Shown: positions 1 to 9,138, counted from the stretch's first letter. The stretch: DNA of 64,000 nucleotides from an uncultured Methylocapsa sp. (GCA_964440215.1 CAYTRB010000001.1:67-64066), one strand, 5' to 3'. The notes: generated by a model from the letters alone, not told the origin. Translations and numbers: made by a program.

Positions 1-131
1 TGGATGCCGACAACACAGACCCCGATAACCAAGGCAATAATGGCGGCCGTAAGGAGCGGAAAAAGAACGTTTCGTTTCTCGCCTTTAGGGAATCGAGACC
101 GCCCCATCGCAAATGTGATATTTGAAGGCAT
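1..131 (-). CDS. partial CDS (N-terminus only) of an unidentified membrane protein leaving the window at the left edge
   Basis: Hand translation of the minus strand from ATG 131-129 gives MPSNITFAMGRSRFPKGEKRNVLFPLLTAAIIALVIGVCVVGI with no stop before position 1: a basic stretch, then a hydrophobic helix. The SD is weak and the fragment is too short to name. It competes with + ORF 4..192, which looks non-protein-like. Confidence 0.25.
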   Translation of the reverse strand, partial: MPSNITFAMGRSRFPKGEKRNVLFPLLTAAIIALVIGVCVVGI

Positions 132-308
132 GATAATCCGTACCGCCCTGATGGTACCAAACCGAGAGACCAGCCCAAACCATAAAGCCTAATTAAAAAT
201 TGTGTGCAAGATCGGCGCGGTGATGAGTTACGCCCATTTCTCACAAGGTTTAGGCATGCGCATTGGGACACATGCCCGTAGAAGCATGCCCATGGGTGTG
301 CTTGTCTG

Positions 309-360
309 AAAAAAAGGCGGCAAGTGGCAAGCAGCAGACAGCAAGCCATGCTTTGCCGCC
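309..360 (-). terminator. rho-independent-terminator-like hairpin readable only on the minus strand
   Basis: GGCGGCAA (316-323) pairs with TTGCCGCC (353-360) around a partly paired interior. On the minus strand the stem is followed by TTTTTTT (complement of A-run 309-315). There is no T-run on the plus strand. Confidence 0.4.
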
Positions 361-622
361 AGCAGCTCGGTAGCCCATTTGCGGGACTATCTTTTCAGGC
401 TGGAGCACTCGGCTTTTCAGATGGCAAATCCATGCTGTAACCGGGCGAATGTTAAGTGACAGATCAAATTGCAATCATTGCATTGACCAGCAATTTGCTT
501 TCGCATGTTGAAATCCGGTTTCCGGGTCTGAACGATTCGTTCCAACGTTGCGTCCAAGACCGAAGAGTTCCCTGCACGCGCTTTATGCGGCGTGACGCGG
601 ACAGCATAGGCGAACCATCACC

Positions 623-1321
623 ATGAAAGCAGCTCGCATCGCGGTTCTTGGCGTTGCCGTGGTAGCCGGGCTCGGCGCCGCGTTCCTTGCCAGCGGCTCG
701 AAACCGCCGCCGATCGCGCCGCCGCCACCGCCGCCGCCCCAAGTATTGACGGACGACGTACTCGTCGCCGCCAAGGAACTGAACTTCGGCGCCGTCGTCG
801 ACGCGGCAGGCCTGCGCTGGGACGCCTGGCCAAAATACCATATTCCGGACGGTCTCATCCGCAAAAGCGTATCGCCGAATGGCGTCGAGGAACTGAAGGG
901 CGCGGTTGTCCGCACCAATTTCTCGCCAGGTGAGCCCTTGCGGCGCGAGCACCTGAGCAAAGGTTTGGAATTCCTCGCCGCAGTCTTGCACCCAGGCAAG
1001 CGCGCGGTGGCGATCAATATTGACACGCAAGGTTCGAGCACGGCTGGCGGGTTTATTCTGCCTGATAACAGAGTCGACGTGGTCCACACTTTTTCACATG
1101 GCAATTCTTTTTTCAGCGAGGTCATTTTGTCCAACATTCGCGTTCTCGCCATCGGTCAGTTGAATCAGGAGAAAAATGGGGAGCACGTCATAACAGGCGC
1201 CAGTGTTGCAACCTTGGAACTCACGCCTACTCAAGCCGAGACGGTAGTCCTAGCCCAGCGTACTGGCCAGCTCTCGCTGCTCTTGCGAGGCATGGCCGAC
1301 GCAAAGGCAAAGGGTGAGTAG
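623..1321 (+). CDS. cpaB: Flp/Tad pilus assembly protein CpaB
   Basis: N-terminal signal anchor MKAARIAVLGVAVVAGLGAAFLA, a poly-Pro linker, then a CpaB-like body (VLVAAKEL...GEPL...AVAINID...GGFILPDNRVDVV). First gene of a colinear cpaB-C-D-E-F-tadB-tadC set. Confidence 0.85.
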   Translation: MKAARIAVLGVAVVAGLGAAFLASGSKPPPIAPPPPPPPQVLTDDVLVAAKELNFGAVVDAAGLRWDAWPKYHIPDGLIRKSVSPNGVEELKGAVVRTNFSPGEPLRREHLSKGLEFLAAVLHPGKRAVAINIDTQGSSTAGGFILPDNRVDVVHTFSHGNSFFSEVILSNIRVLAIGQLNQEKNGEHVITGASVATLELTPTQAETVVLAQRTGQLSLLLRGMADAKAKGE

Positions 1322-1463
1322 CCGCCAAGCCGTAGCAACGGGCTTATTGGGCCCGCAATGTCGCGGCCATCCAAGACGGGGTGCGTTGAGCGCGAGAATT
1401 CGCGTGAATGGTAGCGGCCGCAAGGACCATCGAAAGAGCATTCATGTTTGTGGAACGCCGCGG

Positions 1464-2945
1464 ATGAAACGCCTGATCCCAGTCCTGGCCGCGGCATTTG
1501 TGGCGAGCCTCGCGGTCCCGACAAGCTTTGGCGGAGCCTTCGCCCAGGAAAAAATGGAAGCCTACCGGTCTGGCAGCGTCACACCACAGCGGATTTCGCT
1601 GGGTGTTGGTAGATCCCGGACCATTGATCTGCCTCACGATGCGGCGCAAATTTTCGTCGCCAATCCAAAGGTGGCGAATGCGGTGGTGCGCTCTCCACGT
1701 AGGCTCTATGTCATCGGCACAGATCCCGGCCAGACAAGCGTCTATGCCTTGGATGAGGATGGCCGTCAGATTGCGGCATTTGAGCTCAGCATCGGCCGCG
1801 ACATCGGCGAGCTTCAGCAGATTCTGCACGCCGCGATGCCCGCCGCGGCGATCACCGCGCGGACCGTCAATGATACGATCATCCTGACCGGCGCGGTCGA
1901 TTCTGCCGAAGAGGCGCAACGGGCCGGCGACATTGCCAAGGGATTTGTGCAGCGGCTCTATGGCGGTGTGGCTGCAGCCGCTTCGGGGCCGGGGACGAAT
2001 GTGGATGGCTTGGTTGTCAATACGCTCACCATACGCGGCCGCGATCAGGTGATGCTGAAAGTCACCATCGCGGAAATCGATCGCCAGATAGCCAAACAAC
2101 TGGGCATCACCACAAGCTCGCTAACCGCCAATTGGGGCACCTTCACGCAATTTAATCCATTCGCCATCAATGGCGTGCTCGCGACGGCTGGCGGTGCCGG
2201 AAGCGGGTACACAGCGGCAGGCGGGACCACCACCGCGCTGACCGCGACCAATCCAAGCAACACTTTGAGCGCGACGTTGCAAGCTTTCGAACGGTATGGC
2301 GTTACGCGCATTCTCGCGGAGCCCACGGTGACCGCCGTATCGGGTGAAAATGCCAAGCTTACAGTCGGCGGCGAAATACCAATACCGGGTCCAACAACCT
2401 GTCAATCAGGTGGCTGCAGCGGCGGTGGCGCCATCTTTCAGCCTTATGGCATCACTTTGCGATTCTCTCCTGTGGTGCTGGCCGAAGGCCGCATCATACT
2501 GCATCTTGCGACAGAAGTGACCGATTTGGATGAATCAACCGCCGCGACGGTGGCTGGCACGCTCATCCCAGGTTTGCTTACCCGCAAGAACGAGACGAGC
2601 GTCGAGATCCCTTCAGGCGGTTCGATCGCCACCGCGGGTCTTCTTAGAACGACATCGCAACAAGCCATCAATGGTCTTCCGGGGCTCCTCGAGCTGCCGG
2701 TTCTTGGCGCACTGTTCCGTTCGCGCGATTACCAGAGGCAGGAGACCGAACTCATGATCATCGTCACGCCTTACATCGTCAAACCGGTAGGACCAAACGA
2801 GATCGCGAAACCGACCGATGGCTTCACGGACGCAACCGATCCGCAAGCCTGGCTGCTTGGCCGCGTGAACCAGCTCTATGCCTCGCCGGGGAATTCGCAG
2901 GCCATCAAGGATTACAAGGGGCCGGTCGGCTTTATCCAGGATTGA
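1464..2945 (+). CDS. cpaC: Tad pilus secretin CpaC (RcpA-like)
   Basis: Start moved to ATG 1464 (MKRLIPVLAAAFVASLAVPTSFGGAFA signal peptide). C-terminal secretin signature GLPGLLELPVLGALFRSRDYQRQETELMIIVTPYIVKP; N-domain TIRGRDQVMLKVTIAEIDR. Confidence 0.9.
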   Translation: MKRLIPVLAAAFVASLAVPTSFGGAFAQEKMEAYRSGSVTPQRISLGVGRSRTIDLPHDAAQIFVANPKVANAVVRSPRRLYVIGTDPGQTSVYALDEDGRQIAAFELSIGRDIGELQQILHAAMPAAAITARTVNDTIILTGAVDSAEEAQRAGDIAKGFVQRLYGGVAAAASGPGTNVDGLVVNTLTIRGRDQVMLKVTIAEIDRQIAKQLGITTSSLTANWGTFTQFNPFAINGVLATAGGAGSGYTAAGGTTTALTATNPSNTLSATLQAFERYGVTRILAEPTVTAVSGENAKLTVGGEIPIPGPTTCQSGGCSGGGAIFQPYGITLRFSPVVLAEGRIILHLATEVTDLDESTAATVAGTLIPGLLTRKNETSVEIPSGGSIATAGLLRTTSQQAINGLPGLLELPVLGALFRSRDYQRQETELMIIVTPYIVKPVGPNEIAKPTDGFTDATDPQAWLLGRVNQLYASPGNSQAIKDYKGPVGFIQD

Positions 2946-2980
2946 TGTAAGGGCAACGCTATCGAGAAAGCGCAATAAAG

Positions 2981-3748
2981 ATGTCACTCATAATCCGCGC
3001 CGCGCGCCCCATCCAAAAATTGGCTTACCCGGCATTTGCCTCTGCGCGAACTTTTTTGCGCTTATGTTTGCTGCTTCCGCTGGCCGGTTGCGGCGCGACG
3101 GAACGCATGGTCGAATCCTCGATTCCGCAGGACGATTACCAGGTTCGTCACCCGATCGTGCTTGACGAGGAACCACGCACGCTGGAAATTCTTGTCGAGC
3201 CCGTGACGGGCGAGTTCGACCGCCATGCCGCGGCTCAGCTGCGAGAATTCGCCAACCTCTATCGCAAATTCGGCCGCGGACCGATCACCATCATGCCGCC
3301 GGCTTTCCCCGGGGCCACACCTTCCGTGGAGTCGGTCCGCACCGCGCTTTATAGCGCCGGAGCGCATACCCGTACGATCATAGCTCCCTATCCGGCCGGT
3401 GATAATCTTGCTGCGCCGGTACGGTTGAGCTTTCTCGGCCTCAAAGCCCGTGTCGCGGACCTGTGCGGCCAATGGCCAAGGGATCTAGCCTTAGGCAGCG
3501 GCCCCGTGGTGGACTGGAGCAACAAGCCGTACTGGAACTTCGGTTGCGCCTATCAAACCGCATTCGCCGCGCAGGTTGCCGATCCGCGCGATCTCGTGTC
3601 TCCGCAAGGGGAAACACCGGCGGACACCGCGATGCGCGTGCGTGGCATCGAAAGCCTTCGCAAGGGCCAGGACCCCGGCACGAATTGGAAATTCACCAAC
3701 TCCTCGATCAGCACTGTCGGAGCCGACAGCCAAGGCGGAGCGAATTGA
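2981..3748 (+). CDS. cpaD: pilus assembly lipoprotein CpaD
   Basis: Lipobox LLLPLAGCG near the N-terminus. About 250 aa, placed between the secretin and CpaE. C-terminal NFGCAYQ...DPRDLV...RG..S...G motif pattern typical of CpaD. Confidence 0.75.
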   Translation: MSLIIRAARPIQKLAYPAFASARTFLRLCLLLPLAGCGATERMVESSIPQDDYQVRHPIVLDEEPRTLEILVEPVTGEFDRHAAAQLREFANLYRKFGRGPITIMPPAFPGATPSVESVRTALYSAGAHTRTIIAPYPAGDNLAAPVRLSFLGLKARVADLCGQWPRDLALGSGPVVDWSNKPYWNFGCAYQTAFAAQVADPRDLVSPQGETPADTAMRVRGIESLRKGQDPGTNWKFTNSSISTVGADSQGGAN

Positions 3749-5016
3749 TGAAAGGGCCGGCCGGTTCGGAACACGCGCTTATCGCGCCGCTGCCCCGCAT
3801 CTCCTTGCACGCTTTCTGCGAATCGGCGGAGACGGCGCGGATCATCGAGACGGCCGCCTCCGACCGCCGGATGGAAAGGGCGCATGTGAGCGTGCACATG
3901 GGTGGTCCACCCGCCGCTGTCGAAGCCTATCGCGATGCCGCGACGCCAAATGTCATAGTGCTCGATACGGCCACTAATCGCGGTGACCTCGTCGAGCATC
4001 TCGAAGCGCTCGCAGAATTCTGCGATTCAGGAACCAAGGTGGTCGTGGCCGGCCGAACCAACGACATCATCCTTTACCGCGAGCTTATGGCGCGGGGAAT
4101 CAGTGAATATCTTGTCGCGCCCTTCAATGTCCTCGATTTCATCCGTGCCATATCGCATCTTTATGCGAGCGCGGGAGCAACGCCGGTCGGCAAGATCGTC
4201 GCTATAACAGGGGCCAAGGGTGGGACCGGCGCGTCTTCGATTGCGCACAACATCGCCTTCTCGATCGCCCGCGATCTTGATATCCAAACCATCGTCGCCG
4301 ATATGGATCTGGGCTTCGGGACAGCGGGGCTCGACTTCAATCAAGATCCGGCGCAGGGCATCGCCGAAGCTGTATTCGCTCCGGACCGGATCGACCAAAA
4401 CCTTGTCGACCGGCTGTTGTCGAAATGCGGCGAAAAGCTGAGCCTTCTGGCGGCGCCCGCAACGCTCGACCGGATGTATGATTTTCACGAAACCGCTTTC
4501 GACTCGTTGATCGATATATTGCGCGCCACCACCCCCTGCGTCATCCTAGACATTCCGCATATTTGGACCGCATGGGCGCGGCGGGCGCTCATCAATGCCG
4601 ATGAGATCGCAATTGTCGCATCACCCGATCTCGCCAATCTTCGCAACACCAAAAACATGCTCGATATGCTGCGCGCGGCGCGCGCGCATGATGGACATCC
4701 GAAACTTATTATGAATTTCGTGGGTATTTCGAAACGGCCGGAAATCAGCGTCACGGATTTTGCCAAGGCGGTCGATCTTGTACCCGCGGGACTCATTCCA
4801 TTCGAGCCCAAACTCTTTGGCACGGCTGCCAATAATGGGCAGATGATTGCTGAAGTCGACTCCGGGGGTAAAATCGCCGGCACAATCAGGGATCTTGCGC
4901 GGAAAATGACCCACCGGAATGAGCCGCGTAAAACGAAACGAAACCTTCTTGCTCCCTTGATGATGCGATTTAGCCGCAAGACGGCCTCCCGGGCCGAGCC
5001 AAGTGCCTCGCGCTGA
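3748..5016 (+). CDS. cpaE: pilus assembly ATPase-like protein CpaE/TadZ (REC-like N-domain plus MinD/ParA fold)
   Basis: ATG 3748 overlaps the cpaD stop (ATGA). Deviant Walker A ITGAKGGTGASSIAHNIAFS, then DMDLGFGTAGLDF. The N-terminal half looks like a receiver-type domain. The longer ORF-track start (3463) lies inside cpaD. Confidence 0.85.
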   Translation: MKGPAGSEHALIAPLPRISLHAFCESAETARIIETAASDRRMERAHVSVHMGGPPAAVEAYRDAATPNVIVLDTATNRGDLVEHLEALAEFCDSGTKVVVAGRTNDIILYRELMARGISEYLVAPFNVLDFIRAISHLYASAGATPVGKIVAITGAKGGTGASSIAHNIAFSIARDLDIQTIVADMDLGFGTAGLDFNQDPAQGIAEAVFAPDRIDQNLVDRLLSKCGEKLSLLAAPATLDRMYDFHETAFDSLIDILRATTPCVILDIPHIWTAWARRALINADEIAIVASPDLANLRNTKNMLDMLRAARAHDGHPKLIMNFVGISKRPEISVTDFAKAVDLVPAGLIPFEPKLFGTAANNGQMIAEVDSGGKIAGTIRDLARKMTHRNEPRKTKRNLLAPLMMRFSRKTASRAEPSASR

Positions 5017-5032
5017 ACCAGGACCTGGCATG

Positions 5033-5059
5033 ATCCCAAAACATGCGGACTTTTGGGAT
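5033..5059 (+). terminator. hairpin just downstream of cpaE (possible attenuator or partial terminator)
   Basis: ATCCCAAAA (5033-5041), 9-nt loop, TTTTGGGAT (5051-5059): a perfect 9-bp stem 17 nt after the cpaE stop. There is no strong U-tract after it. Confidence 0.3.
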
Positions 5060-5138
5060 TATCCGCAAAGCCGTTCCCGGGCGGCCAATTGATGCGTGGT
5101 TGGGGGGAGGGGGCTGAGCGTTACCTTATCGAGCAGAT

Positions 5139-5283
5139 GGATCCTCTGATCGATAAGGTAACACTTGGTCTCAAAGAGCAGGAGCATGTTAGCATCGAAA
5201 ATGTCCGTCAACTTTTTGGGATGATGGTGTTGTGCGGGATGAGGAAAAGGGGAACCCGGTTTTCTGCCAGCATCGCGCTCTAA
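5139..5283 (+). repeat. intergenic repeat element, copy d (family also at 49004-49097, 27748-27788, 14331-14367)
   Basis: Ungapped hand alignment of 5139-5219 with 49004-49084 gives 57/81 identical, including GGATCCTCTGATCGA identical over 15 nt. It shares a 15-nt identical core GGAGCATGTTAGCAT (5181-5195) with 14346-14360. Confidence 0.65.
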
Positions 5284-5301
5284 ACTCTAAGAATAACTCA
5301 C

Positions 5302-5334
5302 GATGATTTTGAATAAATTCAATCTAAAATCATC
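5302..5334. promoter_or_regulatory. AT-rich perfect inverted repeat upstream of cpaF (candidate operator)
   Basis: GATGATTTT (5302-5310), N15, AAAATCATC (5326-5334), with an inner GAAT..ATTC pair. It lies in a locally very AT-rich stretch 47 nt upstream of the cpaF ATG. Confidence 0.4.
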
Positions 5335-5380
5335 ATGATCTAGGGCGGCAATTTGGGCCGGTGTGCTGGTGAGGGGTGTT

Positions 5381-6820
5381 ATGTTCGGCAAGCGTTCACT
5401 CTCTGACGCCCGCGACAAGGGCGAAGCCGCAACGGCAAGGCTTGCCGTAGTGGCAAAACCAGCCGGCATGCCGGCTGTTCAGAATGCTCCGCCGGCGCCA
5501 CAACCAGCCCCGGCTCCGGAGCCGCAGCGTTCTGACGACTATTACATAACCAAAAGCATGATCTTCGGCGCTCTCATCGAGGCGATCGATCTATCTCAGT
5601 TGTCGCGCCTCGACGCGGAAAGCGCGCGCGAGGAAATTCGTGACATCGTCCATGAAATCGTCGCGATCAAGAACGTTGCCATGTCGATTGGCGAACAAGA
5701 AGATCTGATCGACGACATCTGTAACGATGTCCTCGGCTACGGACCTCTCGAACCTCTGCTTGGCCGCGACGACATCGCCGACATCATGGTGAATGGCGCG
5801 ACCCGCACATTCATCGAGGTCGGGGGCAAGATTCAATTGACCAACGTTCGCTTTCGCGACAATTCGCAATTGATGAATATTTGTCAGCGCATCGTCAGCC
5901 AGGTCGGGCGCCGGGTCGACGAAGCGTCGCCAATTTGCGACGCGCGGCTTACCGACGGCTCCCGCGTCAATGTGATCGCCCCGCCGCTCGCGATCGATGG
6001 GCCTGTTCTCACCATTCGCAAGTTTAGAAAGGACAAGCTTACCCTTGATCAGCTGATCCGTTTCGGTGCCATTTCGCCGGAAGGCGGCGAGATACTCAAA
6101 ATCATCGGACGAGTGCGTTGCAATGTCCTGATTTCCGGCGGGACGGGTTCCGGTAAAACCACGCTTCTCAACTGCATGACCAACTACATCGATCATGACG
6201 AGCGGGTGATCACCTGCGAAGACGCGGCTGAATTGCAATTGCAGCAGCCCCATGTCGTCCGGCTTGAAACGCGGCCGCCGAACCTCGAAGGAAGCGGCGC
6301 GATTACAATGCGCGATCTCGTTAAGAACTGTCTTCGCATGCGGCCCGAACGGATCATTGTCGGCGAGGTGCGCGGGCCGGAGGCATTCGATCTGCTGCAG
6401 GCGATGAACACCGGGCATGACGGCTCGATGGGCACATTGCACGCCAACTCGCCGCGCGAAGCGCTGGGCCGGCTTGAGTCCATGATTACCATGGGTGGTT
6501 TCGCTCTCCCGAGCCGGACCATCCGGGAAATGATCGTATCTTCCGTCGATGTCATCGTCCAGGCCGCAAGGCTTCGCGATGGGTCGCGCCGGATTACCCA
6601 TATCAGTGAAGTTTTGGGTTTTGAAGGTGACGTCGTCACTATGCAGGATCTGATGGTCTATGAGGTCACGGGAGAGGATGCCTCCGGCCGCCTGATAGGC
6701 CGCCACCGCTCGACTGGAATAGGGCGGCCCCGCTTTTGGGAGCGGGCCCGCTATTATAACGAGGAGGCACGTTTGGCCAGGGCCCTCGATGCTTCCGAGT
6801 TTAAGGGCAATATCCTGTAG
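5381..6820 (+). CDS. cpaF: Tad pilus secretion ATPase CpaF/TadA
   Basis: Walker [13 protein letters not shown]. Type II/IV secretion NTPase motifs [47 protein letters not shown] 5381 is preceded by GAGGGG; the GVG-type start at 5363 is possible but less likely. Confidence 0.92.
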   Translation: MFGKRSLSDARDKGEAATARLAVVAKPAGMPAVQNAPPAPQPAPAPEPQRSDDYYITKSMIFGALIEAIDLSQLSRLDAESAREEIRDIVHEIVAIKNVAMSIGEQEDLIDDICNDVLGYGPLEPLLGRDDIADIMVNGATRTFIEVGGKIQLTNVRFRDNSQLMNICQRIVSQVGRRVDEASPICDARLTDGSRVNVIAPPLAIDGPVLTIRKFRKDKLTLDQLIRFGAISPEGGEILKIIGRVRCNVLISGGTGSGKTTLLNCMTNYIDHDERVITCEDAAELQLQQPHVVRLETRPPNLEGSGAITMRDLVKNCLRMRPERIIVGEVRGPEAFDLLQAMNTGHDGSMGTLHANSPREALGRLESMITMGGFALPSRTIREMIVSSVDVIVQAARLRDGSRRITHISEVLGFEGDVVTMQDLMVYEVTGEDASGRLIGRHRSTGIGRPRFWERARYYNEEARLARALDASEFKGNIL

Positions 6821-6843
6821 TTGGAAAGAATGGCAGCTCTGAC

Positions 6844-7818
6844 ATGAACACGCATTTGTGGATCATCATGGGCCTTGCGATGGTCGCGGCCGGAGGCATC
6901 GTCCAAGTTTTCATCTCTCCCTATCTTTCTGGAGACATAAAGGCTGAAAAGCGGCAGGCCGCGTTGCGGTCGACGGGACCAAAGAGAAACGCGGAAAATC
7001 AGGCCGACGCCGCGAGCCGCCGCAAGCAAATCATGGACAGCCTCAAGGAGGTCGAGGCGCGTGGCAAACGAAAGCGGCAATCCCTGGATGTAAGGATCGC
7101 GCAGGCCGGGCTCTCGGGGAGCCGTAAATACTATATTATCGGTTCGATCGTCTCGGGTGTATTGGCTGGCGGCCTGATGTGTTTTGGTACGGCCAACCCG
7201 CTCATAATTCTGGCGGCCGCGGTTGTCGGAGGGTTCGGTATCCCGGCGTGGACCTTGAATTTCCTGCGCAAGCGCCGCTTGAAGAAATTCGTAGATGAAT
7301 TTCCAAACGCGGTCGACATCATCACTCGGGGTGTCAAGGCTGGACTGCCGCTCGGCGATTGCCTGCGGATTATCGCCGCCGAAACGGCCGAGCCCGTCCG
7401 TGGCGAATTCCGCCAGATCGTCGAGGCGCAAACCATGGGTCTTTCCACCGGCGAGGCTGTGGAACGGATCGTCGAACGTGTTCCTATCGCGGAGGCCAGC
7501 TTCTTCGCGATCGTTATCAACATTCAGCAAAAGGCCGGCGGTAATCTTGCCGAAGCCCTGGGCAATTTATCGTTGGTGTTGCGCGGCCGCAAAATGATGA
7601 AGGCGAAGATCCAGGCGATGTCGGGCGAGGCCAAAGCCTCCGCCTATATCATCGGCGCCATGCCTTTCATCGTGGCCATCATGGCCTATGTCACGAGTCC
7701 AAAATATATGGAACTCTTATGGACAACGCAGACTGGCGAACTGGTCTTGGGATGCTGCGCCGTGTGGATGGGAATTGGAATTTTCATCATGAAAAACATG
7801 ATCAATTTCGACATTTAG
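6844..7818 (+). CDS. tadB: Tad pilus inner-membrane platform protein TadB
   Basis: T2SSF-like architecture: one N-terminal TM helix, a cytoplasmic domain (FPNAVDIITRGVKAGLPLGDCL...), C-terminal TM helices. Sits 23 nt after cpaF. Confidence 0.85.
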   Translation: MNTHLWIIMGLAMVAAGGIVQVFISPYLSGDIKAEKRQAALRSTGPKRNAENQADAASRRKQIMDSLKEVEARGKRKRQSLDVRIAQAGLSGSRKYYIIGSIVSGVLAGGLMCFGTANPLIILAAAVVGGFGIPAWTLNFLRKRRLKKFVDEFPNAVDIITRGVKAGLPLGDCLRIIAAETAEPVRGEFRQIVEAQTMGLSTGEAVERIVERVPIAEASFFAIVINIQQKAGGNLAEALGNLSLVLRGRKMMKAKIQAMSGEAKASAYIIGAMPFIVAIMAYVTSPKYMELLWTTQTGELVLGCCAVWMGIGIFIMKNMINFDI

Positions 7819-7985
7819 AGCGTCATCCGGGAAGCGGCAAACTCTTTGGATAAGATCATGCGGTAATGCCAAGCGAATGAGACCGTGAGCGATTCCTCTT
7901 GAAGCGATCCTGGCCGAGCGCGCGATCTCTACCAAATATTTCAAACTGTCGAATGACCACGCTAACACACAGATAGTCACGCCAA

Positions 7986-8966
7986 ATGCTCGATCTGATT
8001 TACACCAAGCTGACGGATCCGCAATTTCTCCTCAGCATCCTTGCCGCGATCGCAACGATGGCAACGATTGTGACCGTCGCCATGCCGCTACTCGAAACCG
8101 ACATTCTGACCCAGCGGATGAAGGCGGTTGCGACGGAGCGCGAACGCATCCGCGCGCGAGAACGCGAGCGGCTATTGGCCGACAAAAGCAAACAAAGCCT
8201 CCGCCAAGAACCGAAAGCCTATATGAAACGAATCGTCGAGCGTTTCAGCCTGTCGAAATGGCTCGGCACCGACAAGGCAAAATTGCAGATGGCGATGGCT
8301 GGTTTTCGTGGACCACAAGCGGAAGTGGCCTTTCTGTTTTTCCGGCTGGTGACGCCGATCCTCAGTCTCGTGGTTTCGGCCTTCTATATTTTTGCCATAG
8401 CCGATTTTGGGTTGAGCCTCATACCGAAGATCGGCATCATCATTTTTTTTACCTATCTGGGTCTGAAGGCGCCCGAAATCTATCTCAACAATACGACCAG
8501 CAAACGCCAAGCCTCGATGGGCCGCTCATTTCCCGACGCGATGGATCTGTTGCTGATCTGCGTCGAGTCCGGCATGTCGATCGAACATGCCTTTCGCAAG
8601 GTTGCACAGGAAATCGGCAACCAGTCGATCCAGCTGGCCGAGGAGCTGACCCTGACGACCGCGGAACTCTCCTTTTTGCCCGACCGGCGTTCGGCGTATG
8701 AGAACCTCAGCCTAAGAACGGGAATCGAGTCGGTGAAACAGATCGTGACCGTGCTCATTCAAGCCGAGCGTTACGGCACGCCGCTCGGCGCTGCCTTGCG
8801 TGTGGTCAGCAAGGAAAGCCGTGACAACCGGATGCTGCTCGCCGAAAAAAAGGCTGCTGCCCTGCCGCCCAAATTGACGGTCCCGATGATCTTGTTTTTT
8901 CTTCCCGTGCTTTTCGCAGTCATCATGACGCCCGCGATCATTCAGATCAATCGTACCATTCATTGA
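7986..8966 (+). CDS. tadC: Tad pilus inner-membrane platform protein TadC
   Basis: T2SSF-like: FPDAMDLLLICVESGMSIEHAF...ERYGTPLGAALRV...R...AEKKAAALPPKLTVPMILFFLP. Paralogous architecture to TadB. Confidence 0.85.
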   Translation: MLDLIYTKLTDPQFLLSILAAIATMATIVTVAMPLLETDILTQRMKAVATERERIRARERERLLADKSKQSLRQEPKAYMKRIVERFSLSKWLGTDKAKLQMAMAGFRGPQAEVAFLFFRLVTPILSLVVSAFYIFAIADFGLSLIPKIGIIIFFTYLGLKAPEIYLNNTTSKRQASMGRSFPDAMDLLLICVESGMSIEHAFRKVAQEIGNQSIQLAEELTLTTAELSFLPDRRSAYENLSLRTGIESVKQIVTVLIQAERYGTPLGAALRVVSKESRDNRMLLAEKKAAALPPKLTVPMILFFLPVLFAVIMTPAIIQINRTIH

Positions 8967-9138
8967 TAATTCGATATGGGGATATGCCGTGCAGTCACGA
9001 AAGCAGGGAAAATATTCTTCCTAAAGTGATGGGCCAAAACATAAGCTTTTTTTCAACATCCCGTTTGGGCCAAATCCGCAATTCAGATTTCGCCGCACCT
9101 CACGCATGTCCATCCGCGCAAACCGCCAACCGGACAAA

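Noticed and set aside
4-192. 62-aa plus-strand ORF at the left edge.
   Set aside because: The composition is not protein-like (MPTTQTPITKAIMAAVRSGKRTFRFSPLGNRDRP...) and there is no SD. The opposite strand gives a more credible membrane-protein N-terminus. Neither is strongly supported.
452-466. CtrA-box-like TTAA-N7 site upstream of cpaB.
   Set aside because: Only the first half-site matches (TTAAGTGACAGATCA). The second half is ATCA/TCAA rather than TTAA at the required spacing.
5053-5283. 76-aa ORF in the cpaE-cpaF spacer, and the 69-aa ORF 48963..49172(-).
   Set aside because: Both coincide with copies of the intergenic repeat family, yet on opposite strands relative to the element. The conserved entity is therefore the DNA/RNA sequence, not a protein.
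7823-7900. A further copy of the repeat family in the tadB-tadC spacer (GGGAAGCGGCAAACTCTTTGGATAAGATCATGCGGTAA).
   Set aside because: It resembles the tail of copy d (GGGGAACCCGGTTTTCTGCCAGCATCGCGCTCTAA) only loosely and needs gaps. It is not convincing without a profile search, and is mentioned only as a lead.
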